A DNA stretch of 64,000 nt, taken from the IMG/VR virus record IMGVR_UViG_3300020463_002275, positions 32,001 to 96,000 of that record, one strand, 5' to 3'. Made by a program: the position numbers and the translations under genes. This DNA is from a virus. Shown in pieces: positions 53,478 through 63,054 of this stretch; position 1 is the stretch's first letter, and each line of letters opens with the position of its first letter. The notes beneath the pieces were generated by a model. It ran no database searches. It was given only the letters and a program-made list of their open reading frames with translations, and was not told where the DNA came from.

Positions 53478-54244
53478 TATACTGTTGTATCCGATCCTGG
53501 TGTTGCTGGTTCTGTACCATCAATAGGTTTATCAAACTCTGGTGGTATACTCCAGTTTCTTTTGATTGCTCTTACATATTGACTTTTGCTGTTAAAACTA
53601 TAATTTGATACTTTTGCATTATTACCTTGATTTCCACCTAAAACTTTTATTACTCCGTTGCTTGTAATTTCTTGAATAAATCCTATATGTCCGCCACTAC
53701 GTTTTTTTGACTTAAAAATTACAACGTCCCATTTGCGTATTTGCGTTGTATCTCGCCAATCAACTTCACTTCCCCAATTATACCAACCTTGGCTACTCAT
53801 TGTTTGCAGTGTAGGAATACCTGCTGTATATAATGCCCAACTTACAAAGGCCGCACACCAAGCATATGCCATTGAACTACTATCTCTTGTGTAACTATTT
53901 CCGCATACTTTATAACATTCTAATATTCTAGGATTGCCTGTAGCGCCACGTTCTCTCCAATCTTGCGTAAGCACGTTTTTTAATAAAGCATCAAGTTTTT
54001 CCCAACCCGGACCTTCTGGTAAAGGACCTGGTTCAATTGTTGTATCTAAATTAGGCATGTTACTTGAATTGACATATCCGCCATTTCCTGCTTGCTGTCC
54101 AGGACCTGATCTTGGATAGTCTCCTTCTAAGTCAAACTGACCGTCTGGAAATCTATTGCTTTCAATTTGTTCATTCCAATCTGAGTTGTCTGCAACTTCT
54201 GCTGGATTTACAACCGGTGTAAGTGGTATAATTACTTGTCCCAT
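53477..54244 (-). CDS. TIGR02594-type CHAP/NlpC-like peptidoglycan hydrolase
   Basis: AWCAAFVSWAL..AGI (catalytic Cys), GGHIGF (His), VLGGNQ; start at ATG 54244 (TAATG overlap). Confidence 0.75.
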   Translation of the reverse strand: MGQVIIPLTPVVNPAEVADNSDWNEQIESNRFPDGQFDLEGDYPRSGPGQQAGNGGYVNSSNMPNLDTTIEPGPLPEGPGWEKLDALLKNVLTQDWRERGATGNPRILECYKVCGNSYTRDSSSMAYAWCAAFVSWALYTAGIPTLQTMSSQGWYNWGSEVDWRDTTQIRKWDVVIFKSKKRSGGHIGFIQEITSNGVIKVLGGNQGNNAKVSNYSFNSKSQYVRAIKRNWSIPPEFDKPIDGTEPATPGSDTTV

Positions 54245-56820
54245 TAAACTACTGTTCCTGTGCTTGCATTTGGATCTCTGATCCACGCCGGATCATATCT
54301 TCCGCTTGTTAATACTTTTGCTTGTAGATATCCTTGGTCTTTAGGATAACCTAATTCATATCCACGTTCAGTGCCTGCGATAGCATATCTAAAGTTACCT
54401 AGTGTGCCTCTGCCGAAATCTTTGTAACGTTCTTTTAAATATGCCGCTGTAACTTTTACAGATTTTGCAACATCTGTAATCATTATAGTTGGATCGTCAA
54501 CAATTTCTACACCAAATGGGTTTAATGCTGGATCTTTTAATTCTTCTTTTACAAGTCCTGCAAGTTTGCCATAACGTTGATAGTTTGCTTTACCTGTTAA
54601 TTGGATCAATCCACGTCCGATATACTTACCGCCATCGCCTGCTCTTGTGTTGCCCATACCTGGACCAATTTTACTTGTGTAACCATATACAAGTTCAAAG
54701 AATGTTGTTTTATCTTTTTTAATTTCTGTTAGTTCTCCGTCACTTACAGTTCTTGCCGCACTGAATATAGAACGTATACGCTCATTACTTGTTCCACCGT
54801 ATCCTTTTTCCGTTGACAGTTGAAGTCCTGATTCTGTTTCTGCTGTAGCAATAGCCGCATATACTTGTTCTTCTGTAAATCCTTCAGCAAATAAAGCCGA
54901 TGCAAATACTCTTGATATTTCTTGTTTGCTAACTTTTACTGGTTCTGGATCAGCCGGAATATTTGCCGCCGCAATAGGATCAAATCGTAAACTGCCTTCT
55001 GGCTCTCCGCTTGTGTTAAATGCATTTGGCTGATTACCACTTTCAATTACATAACCTCCAGGTGTTCTATTAAATGTATCTGGTGTTGTAGGTGGATATG
55101 TTTCTGGTGGATCAACTCCTGCTCTAGTTTGATCTGGTGTATATTTTAATGGGTCATAATGTTCATGTTCAAACCAAGGCTCGTGTTGAGGAACACGGCT
55201 TGCTTTTAATGCAATTTCTGGCGGAGTAGGATCTACTACAAATGGTGCTGGCGGTATTATAGCCGCTGTAGGATCTGCTGGGTCTACAGGTATAATATTT
55301 TGAATATCTATATTGTTACCGAGTGAGTAAATTAACATGTCTGTGCCTGAACGCATCGATAATTGATTGTCTGTCTGTAATTTCATATTAGCAACACTTT
55401 TGAAATCCATTGTGTTGCCAGATTTCATTGTTGTTTTTAATGTACTTGTTTGATGTATTTCGCCTTCGGTGCTGATAAAACTATTACCTAACGCCTTCAT
55501 ATGATAGTCGCCGTCTGTAGTAATTTTTACTTCGTTATGGCCTTCAATACCAATACCAGCAGTACTACCTAATGAAAGTTGATCTCCTGAAGAAATGTTT
55601 TGTTTTTCCACAGCAATTAACATACCGTTTTGATTTGCATATATTACAACATCTTCGGCACTATTCATGTTTATATCTTTACCACTGTTTAGACTAAACT
55701 GAGTTCCTGTAATCATACTGGTACTGTCATGAGAACTTGTTCTAATTTTATTTGCAACTACATTTACATCTTGGCCTGCTGTAAGATTGATATCTCTGTC
55801 TGCTGTAAAATTTAAATCTTGTTGTGAGTGTACACTTATACTATCTGCGCCATATATATCTACTTTACCGTTACTAGTCATTTCTATCCAACTAGTACCT
55901 CTTGCGTTTGCAATATAAATTAAATCTTCAGAATTATGTAAAAGTATTTGATGACCTGTTCTTGTACGCAAACGTATAAGTTCGTTGTGAGGTCTAGTTA
56001 CATCTCCGCCTTCTTCTTGTGCTTCAATGTTGGCATATTCCATAGCAGTGTCTTTAGGATGACCTTTTCTTAAAAATTTGTCATCACCGTCGTCCATAAC
56101 AAAACTAGAACCACCTAATCTACTTTTTGGATAATTTAATTTATTTCCTTTAAATCCTATTTCTGCTTTAGGGGCGCCTTCACGTTTATCTAATGGTCCT
56201 GGTGTACTCCATCCAAATACTGCACTAGGCAATTCTCGTCTTGCACTAGAACTTGTAAGTCCTCTAGTTTCATCATCACTTAATCCTGAAACAACGTAAC
56301 CTTTTAATAAATCTAAGTGTGTTGGTTTTCTATGTGTTGTAGGTTCTGGTGTAGGATCTGTTGTTGTAAGTTTATTATATTCAACTGCTGGACCTTTTTT
56401 ATCATAATCTTTTAATAAAGATGTTGATGCATAACCAGGAGTCATAAAATTCATATACTCGTCTTGAACACAACCTATCCAATAACATTTACTTGTATTT
56501 CCTTCTACAAAAATAACAAGAACTCTTGTACCTATGTCTGGTGGTACTGCCCAAAATCCATAACTTTGTTGACTGTTTCTATACCCTTCATTTTTGTTGT
56601 TGCCTCCTACAGGCGTTACACCGTAAAATGGACTTAGGTACATTGCTTCCATTACTTGTCCTGAACGCTCAGGTTGATTACCTGAACTTGTTGACTTTAA
56701 TAGTTCAACTTGTAGAGTACCCATGTATTTTGTATCTAAGTTGTTTACAACTATTGCTTCAAAAGGACCAGTTTGACTAGTGCTTTTTGGTCGTGATCTG
56801 CGAATATCTTCGAACGCCAT
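54244..56820 (-). CDS. gp5: Baseplate central spike gp5/VgrG-like with C-terminal GH19-type lysozyme domain
   Basis: N-terminal OB-fold-like (YLSPFYG...YGFWAVPPDIGTRVLV.FVEG...YWIG), RTRTGHQILL, beta-helix-like repeats, Pro-rich linker, then ETESG and DGGKYIGRGLIQLTGKANY (GH19 signature). Confidence 0.8.
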   Translation of the reverse strand: MAFEDIRRSRPKSTSQTGPFEAIVVNNLDTKYMGTLQVELLKSTSSGNQPERSGQVMEAMYLSPFYGVTPVGGNNKNEGYRNSQQSYGFWAVPPDIGTRVLVIFVEGNTSKCYWIGCVQDEYMNFMTPGYASTSLLKDYDKKGPAVEYNKLTTTDPTPEPTTHRKPTHLDLLKGYVVSGLSDDETRGLTSSSARRELPSAVFGWSTPGPLDKREGAPKAEIGFKGNKLNYPKSRLGGSSFVMDDGDDKFLRKGHPKDTAMEYANIEAQEEGGDVTRPHNELIRLRTRTGHQILLHNSEDLIYIANARGTSWIEMTSNGKVDIYGADSISVHSQQDLNFTADRDINLTAGQDVNVVANKIRTSSHDSTSMITGTQFSLNSGKDINMNSAEDVVIYANQNGMLIAVEKQNISSGDQLSLGSTAGIGIEGHNEVKITTDGDYHMKALGNSFISTEGEIHQTSTLKTTMKSGNTMDFKSVANMKLQTDNQLSMRSGTDMLIYSLGNNIDIQNIIPVDPADPTAAIIPPAPFVVDPTPPEIALKASRVPQHEPWFEHEHYDPLKYTPDQTRAGVDPPETYPPTTPDTFNRTPGGYVIESGNQPNAFNTSGEPEGSLRFDPIAAANIPADPEPVKVSKQEISRVFASALFAEGFTEEQVYAAIATAETESGLQLSTEKGYGGTSNERIRSIFSAARTVSDGELTEIKKDKTTFFELVYGYTSKIGPGMGNTRAGDGGKYIGRGLIQLTGKANYQRYGKLAGLVKEELKDPALNPFGVEIVDDPTIMITDVAKSVKVTAAYLKERYKDFGRGTLGNFRYAIAGTERGYELGYPKDQGYLQAKVLTSGRYDPAWIRDPNASTGTVV

Positions 56821-56821
56821 T

Positions 56822-59800
56822 TTATGTAGATCCCATATCTTTTAAATTTGTATTCAGTTGTGCCAACTTAGTTGCATTTGATGTTGCTACTGCTTCTAGA
56901 TTATTTGGAATAGTCATACTTACTGTAGGTGCTGTGTTTGCTAGTTTTGATAGACTAGGTACATTTCCAACTGTGTCTGTAAGTGTAGTTCCAAATTTTC
57001 CTAAAACATCGCTTCCATTTAAATTTACCTGACTTAGTGTTTCAGAGGCAAAGGTTGTGGCGGCATTTTTTAAGTTATTAAATTCTGCACCAATTTTTCC
57101 TAGTTCTGCAATGCCAACTTGTTCTTGTAATGTTTTTAATGATTGACCAATTTTACCAAATGCATCTAATGCAGGTAAGCCTAACGATTGTGCTTGTTGT
57201 GATACTAAATCATTCAGTCCTTGATAGCCAGGCAATAGTAATTCTATTTGTTTTTTTGCTTCAGATAAATTTTCTGTAGCACCAGTTGTTATTGCCGCCT
57301 CAGAAACTTTGCCTGCATACTCAACTGCTTTTTCATTCATTGACTGACTTGCTTTTGTTGTTTCAATAATTGCTCCAAGATTTTGTGTTGTAGGTTGTTC
57401 TGTTTGTGCTCTTACTCTAGTCATTTGTAAAACTGTTGTATACTGGTTTTCATTTATTAAATGGTTAACAACATTAACACGATAAAGACCACTAAAAGTA
57501 TCTACAATAACTAATTCTTCAGGAAATATATAATCTCCCCTGCTTGGATCAAAATCAACTGGAGTTCTAAATAATATGTTTACATGAAGTTCTCCATTGG
57601 CATAGTTTGCATGTCCGTCTTGAGTCATATTAATATACGAAGTTTCTTTAGCATGATAATTTCCGACGCCATTGTCTGAAAGATAAAAAGGATCTCCCAT
57701 AATAGTCATGTCAACTTTGACCATGTCAACTAATGAATTCATAAGTCTATCGTTAAACATTCTTGCGATACCAATTTCAGAATTGTCAAATCCTGAACCG
57801 CCAGAATTTCCTGTATTTGTGTTTACAACATCTGCTTGTTTAGCCGCGGCTTCTCCTGGCGGTAACCCAATTCCTCCGTTGCTAGTTACATATTCTGGAT
57901 TAGGTGGCAATGTTGTTTGCGTACCTGCCGCTCCTGTAGTTTGTGCGGCTGTTGATGAACCTCTATCTGCTGTGATAGGATAGATAAAACTTTTATTATA
58001 AGCAATTTGAAAATCTAGTATATCTTTGTTTTTACCTGTGTAGATATAATTGTATTCTTTTGCCGCTTGTGCTTTAAGTTCTGGAATACCTTTACTTGGT
58101 GCAGAAGGTGCAATAAACAAACTGTGGTGTACATAGTAAGGTACAATTCTGTAAGTGTATACTGATGGTACTTTTCCTGTTTTTGCTATTTCACTATTGG
58201 TAGGTACTGTGTACACATCTGTTTCAACTCTATACCATTTGATATAACCAAAAGGATTTTTAATATCTTTCAACTGTCCAGCCAATTCTCTTCCATACAT
58301 ACTTGTTATTAAAACTTCTTCAATTATTTCTTGCAGTCTTGTACCTGCACTAAATTTATAAGTTCTAATTTCTCCGTCAAGTTTCATGTTGGCTCCAGCA
58401 CGAGCAAAAATAGGATATTGTTTTTGAAACGCTTCAGTTTTCTTTGCTAATTCTTCATTGTCTTTTTTGATCTGTTCATTAGCATCTCGGACACGTATTG
58501 ATTCATTTGCAAAACTATCTAAAGATCCTGATCCCTTAACATACTTAGGTTCAGGCATAGGTTGTGCTCCGCCTTCAAATGGGCTGTCAAGCATTTTTGC
58601 CGCTCCTATTTCATTTTGACTAAATGCACTAGCGGCATATTTTTTCATCATTTGATCTAGTCTGCCAGCATTTTTAACATTACCTGACATAGTTGCAAGA
58701 TATTCATCAAAGTTTTCCGGTACAGGCTCTTCGCCGCCGCCTATACTTTTCCAATACCCTTCTAAAATTTTTGGACTTGTAACTTGTTCATGTGTTGGAT
58801 CTCGAAAACCATCTTCCGCATTATAATATCCTGGATCCATTGTTGCAGAACTATTTGTTTCTGCGTTTGCAGTAGGACTAAAAGTAGATGCTCCTTCTTT
58901 TGGAAAAATAATTACAAATTGATCTGCAACTGATACTTGCTCTGCTTCTTGCATTTCCAACAATCTTGCATTCATTATACCTGTAATACTTTTTCCGCCT
59001 GTTTGTAATATTTCTCTAACAGTTCTCCCAGTAATTGCTACATCAGTTTTAATTTGCTGTACACTATCACGCAAAGCACGTTCGTTCCATGCAATGGCTT
59101 CTACTTGATATATTGAACCTCCTTCATTAACTGAAAATTGTGACGTAGTTAATGAAATAGGAATAAGTCTTCTTGCATATGGTACATCTACTTGTGTACC
59201 GTCAACTGTCCAACCTTTAAAATCTAGTTGTAAGCAAAAACATGCAGTAGTGTAATCTTGGAAGCCTGCTTTTGCCGCGGCAACGCTTAGTGCTTGATAA
59301 AATAGACCCATGCTGTAGGGCTCTTTGACTTCAAAACTAATTTTTGTAACATTACTGTTTGTGCCGTAAGATAAACTTGGTTGCATGTTTGCACCGATAT
59401 CTAAATTATCAATAAAAAATTCTACATTGCTACCTAATGCAATTTCTACTTGTGTTTTTTTCTTTTTAGAACCTGCACCGCCACCACTTTGACATACAAT
59501 ATTATCCAAGCCTGTTTTACGATATGTATTATCAGGATCGCTAATTTGTTCATGACTTAATGCCGCAAGTGTAATAATACAATTCATACTTGCAAAGTTT
59601 TCTAATTCGTTTGGCCAAGGAGGTTGAGATTCGCCAGGTACTAGTTGTCCTGCTTTTGTTGTAAACCCTATTGGTCCTGGTTTTGCTTTTAAATTACTTT
59701 TGAATGCTTTTGGATGCATTGATGCAAATAAACTTCCGTCTTTTGCCATATTGCTAAAGCCTTCAACTTGACCGAATACATTCGTTCCTCCTTCTACTTT

Positions 59801-59917
59801 AAATTGATTCAAAGTATTGTTAATACCGCCTTGAATGTCTGCGGCAATCTCAGGAATTGCAGAACTGATTTGTTGAAACTTGCTAGTTACTTTATTCGCT
59901 AGTGCTTTGAAATTCAA
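56822..59917 (-). CDS. Baseplate hub-like protein (gp27/phage late-control D position)
   Basis: Sits between LysM/gp53 and gp5; C-terminal hub-like V..DMTIMGDP...FSGLYRV..V.H...QY...L...R; TTG start after GGAG. Confidence 0.55.
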   Translation of the reverse strand: MNFKALANKVTSKFQQISSAIPEIAADIQGGINNTLNQFKVEGGTNVFGQVEGFSNMAKDGSLFASMHPKAFKSNLKAKPGPIGFTTKAGQLVPGESQPPWPNELENFASMNCIITLAALSHEQISDPDNTYRKTGLDNIVCQSGGGAGSKKKKTQVEIALGSNVEFFIDNLDIGANMQPSLSYGTNSNVTKISFEVKEPYSMGLFYQALSVAAAKAGFQDYTTACFCLQLDFKGWTVDGTQVDVPYARRLIPISLTTSQFSVNEGGSIYQVEAIAWNERALRDSVQQIKTDVAITGRTVREILQTGGKSITGIMNARLLEMQEAEQVSVADQFVIIFPKEGASTFSPTANAETNSSATMDPGYYNAEDGFRDPTHEQVTSPKILEGYWKSIGGGEEPVPENFDEYLATMSGNVKNAGRLDQMMKKYAASAFSQNEIGAAKMLDSPFEGGAQPMPEPKYVKGSGSLDSFANESIRVRDANEQIKKDNEELAKKTEAFQKQYPIFARAGANMKLDGEIRTYKFSAGTRLQEIIEEVLITSMYGRELAGQLKDIKNPFGYIKWYRVETDVYTVPTNSEIAKTGKVPSVYTYRIVPYYVHHSLFIAPSAPSKGIPELKAQAAKEYNYIYTGKNKDILDFQIAYNKSFIYPITADRGSSTAAQTTGAAGTQTTLPPNPEYVTSNGGIGLPPGEAAAKQADVVNTNTGNSGGSGFDNSEIGIARMFNDRLMNSLVDMVKVDMTIMGDPFYLSDNGVGNYHAKETSYINMTQDGHANYANGELHVNILFRTPVDFDPSRGDYIFPEELVIVDTFSGLYRVNVVNHLINENQYTTVLQMTRVRAQTEQPTTQNLGAIIETTKASQSMNEKAVEYAGKVSEAAITTGATENLSEAKKQIELLLPGYQGLNDLVSQQAQSLGLPALDAFGKIGQSLKTLQEQVGIAELGKIGAEFNNLKNAATTFASETLSQVNLNGSDVLGKFGTTLTDTVGNVPSLSKLANTAPTVSMTIPNNLEAVATSNATKLAQLNTNLKDMGST

Positions 59918-59918
59918 T

Positions 59919-60224
59919 TTATACTCCTAGTACGTTTCTTAGTGTAGGACCTTTTGGTAAAAATATTTGTACACCTGCCTCCATATCAAATACAGGATCT
60001 TTTATTGTATCCATATTTCTTTGTGCAAACACCCACCATAATTTACTGTTACCATATAAATCATATGCAAGTAAATCTGGTCTATGTGTGTACTGTGTTT
60101 CTATTGTATACAAAAAATCATCTGCCTCTGCTGGAACTGGACGTATTTCAAAGTTTCCTAGATAACTGTTATCTACGATTGGCGTGTTTGACCACGGACT
60201 TGCTTTACTATATGATGCTGTCAT
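59919..60224 (-). CDS. gp53: LysM-like baseplate wedge protein gp53-like
   Basis: YTIE.QY..RPDLLAYDLYG...LWWVF...N. Confidence 0.75.
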   Translation of the reverse strand: MTASYSKASPWSNTPIVDNSYLGNFEIRPVPAEADDFLYTIETQYTHRPDLLAYDLYGNSKLWWVFAQRNMDTIKDPVFDMEAGVQIFLPKGPTLRNVLGV

Positions 60225-61063
60225 TATACAAATCCTCTGTTGCTAATTAAGTTTCCGTTAACAAAATCATTTAAACTAAATTGTTCAACATGTGTTCTGC
60301 TGTAAATTGGTTGTAATGTTACAGCCATTAAACTTTGTGCTGGAACCCATGTTCCTGGAGTTCCGTCTGGCGTACCTACTTCTGAGCCAATATTAGTTTT
60401 TATGTAGTCTACATCTTGTGGTAAATCTACGTTAAAACTTGTAACTACACAAGGAACATTTTTAAATACATATTCTCCATATCCATTAAATTTTACAATC
60501 GGAGGAGGATTACCTGTATCGGCACCATTATCTCCATAAAACATTTTTGTAAGTGTTCTTAAAAAAGTAACTGCCGCTACCCAATATTCTGCATCGTCGT
60601 TTGTTTCAATAAAAAAATCACCTGAAACTGTTATAGCGTCCACAGCGGAGTTCTGATAATTGTAAAAAGGATAATTAGTATGTACAGGTTGCATTGAAGA
60701 ATAAGATGCACTGTGTGAAAATATTACTGACGGAGTAAACGGAAATATCATTCGCTCACCTGATTCTACTAAAGGATTTATTAGAGAAGAATTTAGTTCA
60801 CGTATTACTGGAGGAATAGAAATACTTACACGCCAATCATTATCGCCTTGTTTATCAACCACTTTTGCTTCAGATGTTGTCTTAGTAGTAGGAACACCAT
60901 CTTTAGGTAAGTTAGTTTTACGGTTAAATGATGCAAACTCGTCTGGCGTTGTTGGGAAAGCCTTAAGTTTTGCATATTTTTCCTTAATAGCGTTTTGTGC
61001 GACAGATACACCATTATCTATGTAATGATCAATGTGCGGATTTCTTGTATATTGGTTTGCCAT
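60224..61063 (-). CDS. Baseplate/tail-tube initiator-like protein (gp48/gp54 position)
   Basis: IFPFTP...HSASY...HTNY...NS...I.VSGDF...PP..KFNGYG..F..VPCVVTSF..DLP.DVDY; first gene of the baseplate operon. Confidence 0.55.
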   Translation of the reverse strand: MANQYTRNPHIDHYIDNGVSVAQNAIKEKYAKLKAFPTTPDEFASFNRKTNLPKDGVPTTKTTSEAKVVDKQGDNDWRVSISIPPVIRELNSSLINPLVESGERMIFPFTPSVIFSHSASYSSMQPVHTNYPFYNYQNSAVDAITVSGDFFIETNDDAEYWVAAVTFLRTLTKMFYGDNGADTGNPPPIVKFNGYGEYVFKNVPCVVTSFNVDLPQDVDYIKTNIGSEVGTPDGTPGTWVPAQSLMAVTLQPIYSRTHVEQFSLNDFVNGNLISNRGFV

Positions 61064-61087
61064 ATTTTTTTTTGCTCCTAATAGTAT

Positions 61088-61093
61088 TATTTA
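61088..61093 (-). promoter_or_regulatory. Candidate late promoter TAAATA heading the baseplate operon
   Basis: Intergenic; 25 nt upstream of ATG 61063, with a GGAG RBS between. Confidence 0.55.
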
Positions 61094-61094
61094 G

Positions 61095-61123
61095 TTGACT
61101 TTTTTATGTACGTAGTTTATAAT
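61095..61123 (+). promoter_or_regulatory. sigma70 promoter for gp55
   Basis: TTGACT (61095-61100), 17 nt, TATAAT (61118-61123); CCGGAG RBS. Confidence 0.85.
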
Positions 61124-61154
61124 GTATGTAATACTTTAAAAAACCGGAGACCTA

Positions 61155-61985
61155 ATGAGAAAAGTAAATTACTTAAACAACAAAGATATCTTAAAAGAGA
61201 TACACAAGTCAAAAAGCACGTTTTGTAGTTACACAGATGACGAATTTGCTGATTTTGACATAATTTTACCTGATATAGAAAAAATTAACATACGCACTAT
61301 TGCAGAAGCAAAGCGAAATAAAGCGAAAAAACAGAGTCAACTAGCATTTGAGACTAGGAAAGCGGCTGGCGAGAAGATAAAGCAAGCAGAATGTGAGGTT
61401 GACTATAGAAAAATTACAAAAGAAGAATTAATTTTTAGAATTATGACATTTGACCACATTCCAGAAGAGCCAGGACGTAAGAAAAATCCTAAAACAGTAG
61501 CAGATACAAAAACAAAACTTAATTTTCCCCCATTCCAGCATTATAAGTTTAATGAAGCAGGAGAATTAGTTTGTGTAGGCAAAAGTCATTGGGAAGGTGG
61601 TATGGAAAATGGTGGATTTTCAAAAGGACATGGTAAAGCAACTAATAAACTTGCTATGATGTGGATGAAACTATGTGATAGATATGCTACACGTGGAAAT
61701 GTGCGTGGATATACCTATAATGACGAAATGCGTGGACAAGCAATACTACAATTAGCACAAATTGGCTTGCAATTTGACGAATCTAAGAGTCAAAACCCAT
61801 TTGCATACTATACTGCGGCTGTAACAAACAGTTTTGTTAGAGTAATTAACCTAGAAAAGCGTAATCAGAATATAAGAGACGATATTCTTGAAATGAACAA
61901 TATGAATCCTAGTTATACCAGACAACATCAAGGCGAGTGGGAAGCATCACAGAAAAGACAAGAAGAATTAAACAGTAAAAAATAA
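61155..61985 (+). CDS. gp55: T4 gp55-like late-transcription sigma factor
   Basis: VNYLNNKD at the N-terminus; RGYTYNDEM...FDESKSQNPFAYYT...NSF...EK parallels T4 gp55 (SGYT...EM...FDETK..NPHAYIT); synteny with gp47-gp46. Confidence 0.8.
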   Translation: MRKVNYLNNKDILKEIHKSKSTFCSYTDDEFADFDIILPDIEKINIRTIAEAKRNKAKKQSQLAFETRKAAGEKIKQAECEVDYRKITKEELIFRIMTFDHIPEEPGRKKNPKTVADTKTKLNFPPFQHYKFNEAGELVCVGKSHWEGGMENGGFSKGHGKATNKLAMMWMKLCDRYATRGNVRGYTYNDEMRGQAILQLAQIGLQFDESKSQNPFAYYTAAVTNSFVRVINLEKRNQNIRDDILEMNNMNPSYTRQHQGEWEASQKRQEELNSKK

Positions 61986-61989
61986 TCAC

Positions 61990-62018
61990 TTGACATCGTT
62001 AGGTTTTTCAAGTATAAT
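61990..62018 (+). promoter_or_regulatory. Perfect consensus sigma70 promoter for gp47/gp46
   Basis: TTGACA (61990-61995), 17 nt, TATAAT (62013-62018); AAGGAG RBS before GTG 62044. Confidence 0.85.
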
Positions 62019-62043
62019 ATTATTGATTAAGGAGTGATTATAA

Positions 62044-63054
62044 GTGTTTAAAAAAGCGGCTGTCTTTACTGACATTCATCTTGGCCTAAAAGGCAACAGT
62101 AAAGTACATAATGATGATTGTGAACGTTTTGTAGATTGGTATATTGAACAAGCGAAAGCCAATAATTGCGAAACTGGAATATTCTGTGGTGATTGGCACC
62201 ACAATAGAAATAGTTTAAATCTTACAACAATGGATGCAACAATCCGTTGTATGGAAAAATTAGGCAGTTCATTTGAAAAGTTTTACTTTTTTGATGGTAA
62301 TCATGATCTTTATTATAAAGATAAACGTGATGTAAACTCAACTGCGTTTGCTACATACATTCCTGGTATAACTTTTATTGATGAAATATATCAAGAAGAA
62401 GACGTTGCACTAGTTCCGTGGTTAGTAGGAGACGAGTGGCGTAAAATTAAAGACATTAAAAGCAAATATATGTTTGGTCACTTTGAACTTCCAAGTTTTT
62501 ACATGAATGCTATGGTACAAATGCCAGACCATGGTGAATTAAAAGCAGAACACTTTCAACACCAAGAATATGTGTTTAGTGGGCATTTCCATAAAAGACA
62601 AAAACAAGGCAAGATACATTATTTAGGTAATGCATTTCCTCACAACTATGCAGATGCATGGGATGATGCAAGAGGAATGATGATACTTGATAGAGAAAAC
62701 AACAAAGAGCCTGAATATCTTAACTGGGACGATTGTCCTAAGTATAGGACAACTACATTAGGTAAACTTCTTGATCCTAATCAAGATATTATTAAAAGTA
62801 ATATGTACTTGAGAGTTACTATTGATGTTCCAATTAGTTACGAAGAAGCACAATTTATAAAAGAAACATACATTACACAATATAAGTGTAGAGAAATTAC
62901 ACTTATCCCGCAAAAGCAAGTCGAGGAAATAAGTACCGACTTAGATATTTCAACTTTTGAAAGTGTCGATGAAATTGTATCAAAAGAAATTACAGCAATT
63001 GATTCAGACAACTTCAATAAGAAAATGCTATTGGACATTTATAACGAACTATGA
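62044..63054 (+). CDS. gp47: Recombination endonuclease gp47 (Mre11/SbcD-like metallophosphoesterase)
   Basis: DIH, GDWHH, GNHD, GHFE, GHFH motifs. Confidence 0.9.
   Translation: MFKKAAVFTDIHLGLKGNSKVHNDDCERFVDWYIEQAKANNCETGIFCGDWHHNRNSLNLTTMDATIRCMEKLGSSFEKFYFFDGNHDLYYKDKRDVNSTAFATYIPGITFIDEIYQEEDVALVPWLVGDEWRKIKDIKSKYMFGHFELPSFYMNAMVQMPDHGELKAEHFQHQEYVFSGHFHKRQKQGKIHYLGNAFPHNYADAWDDARGMMILDRENNKEPEYLNWDDCPKYRTTTLGKLLDPNQDIIKSNMYLRVTIDVPISYEEAQFIKETYITQYKCREITLIPQKQVEEISTDLDISTFESVDEIVSKEITAIDSDNFNKKMLLDIYNEL

Noticed and set aside
59916-59924. TATAAATT as a T4-type late promoter for the hub gene
   Set aside because: It lies between the RBS and the TTG start and overlaps the upstream stop codon, leaving no room for a transcript containing the RBS.
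26330-61063. Bacterial eCIS/tailocin or T6SS locus
   Set aside because: Adjacent gp55, gp47 and gp46 and T4-type gp6/gp25/gp53 architecture indicate a lytic myophage genome; no host genes are present.
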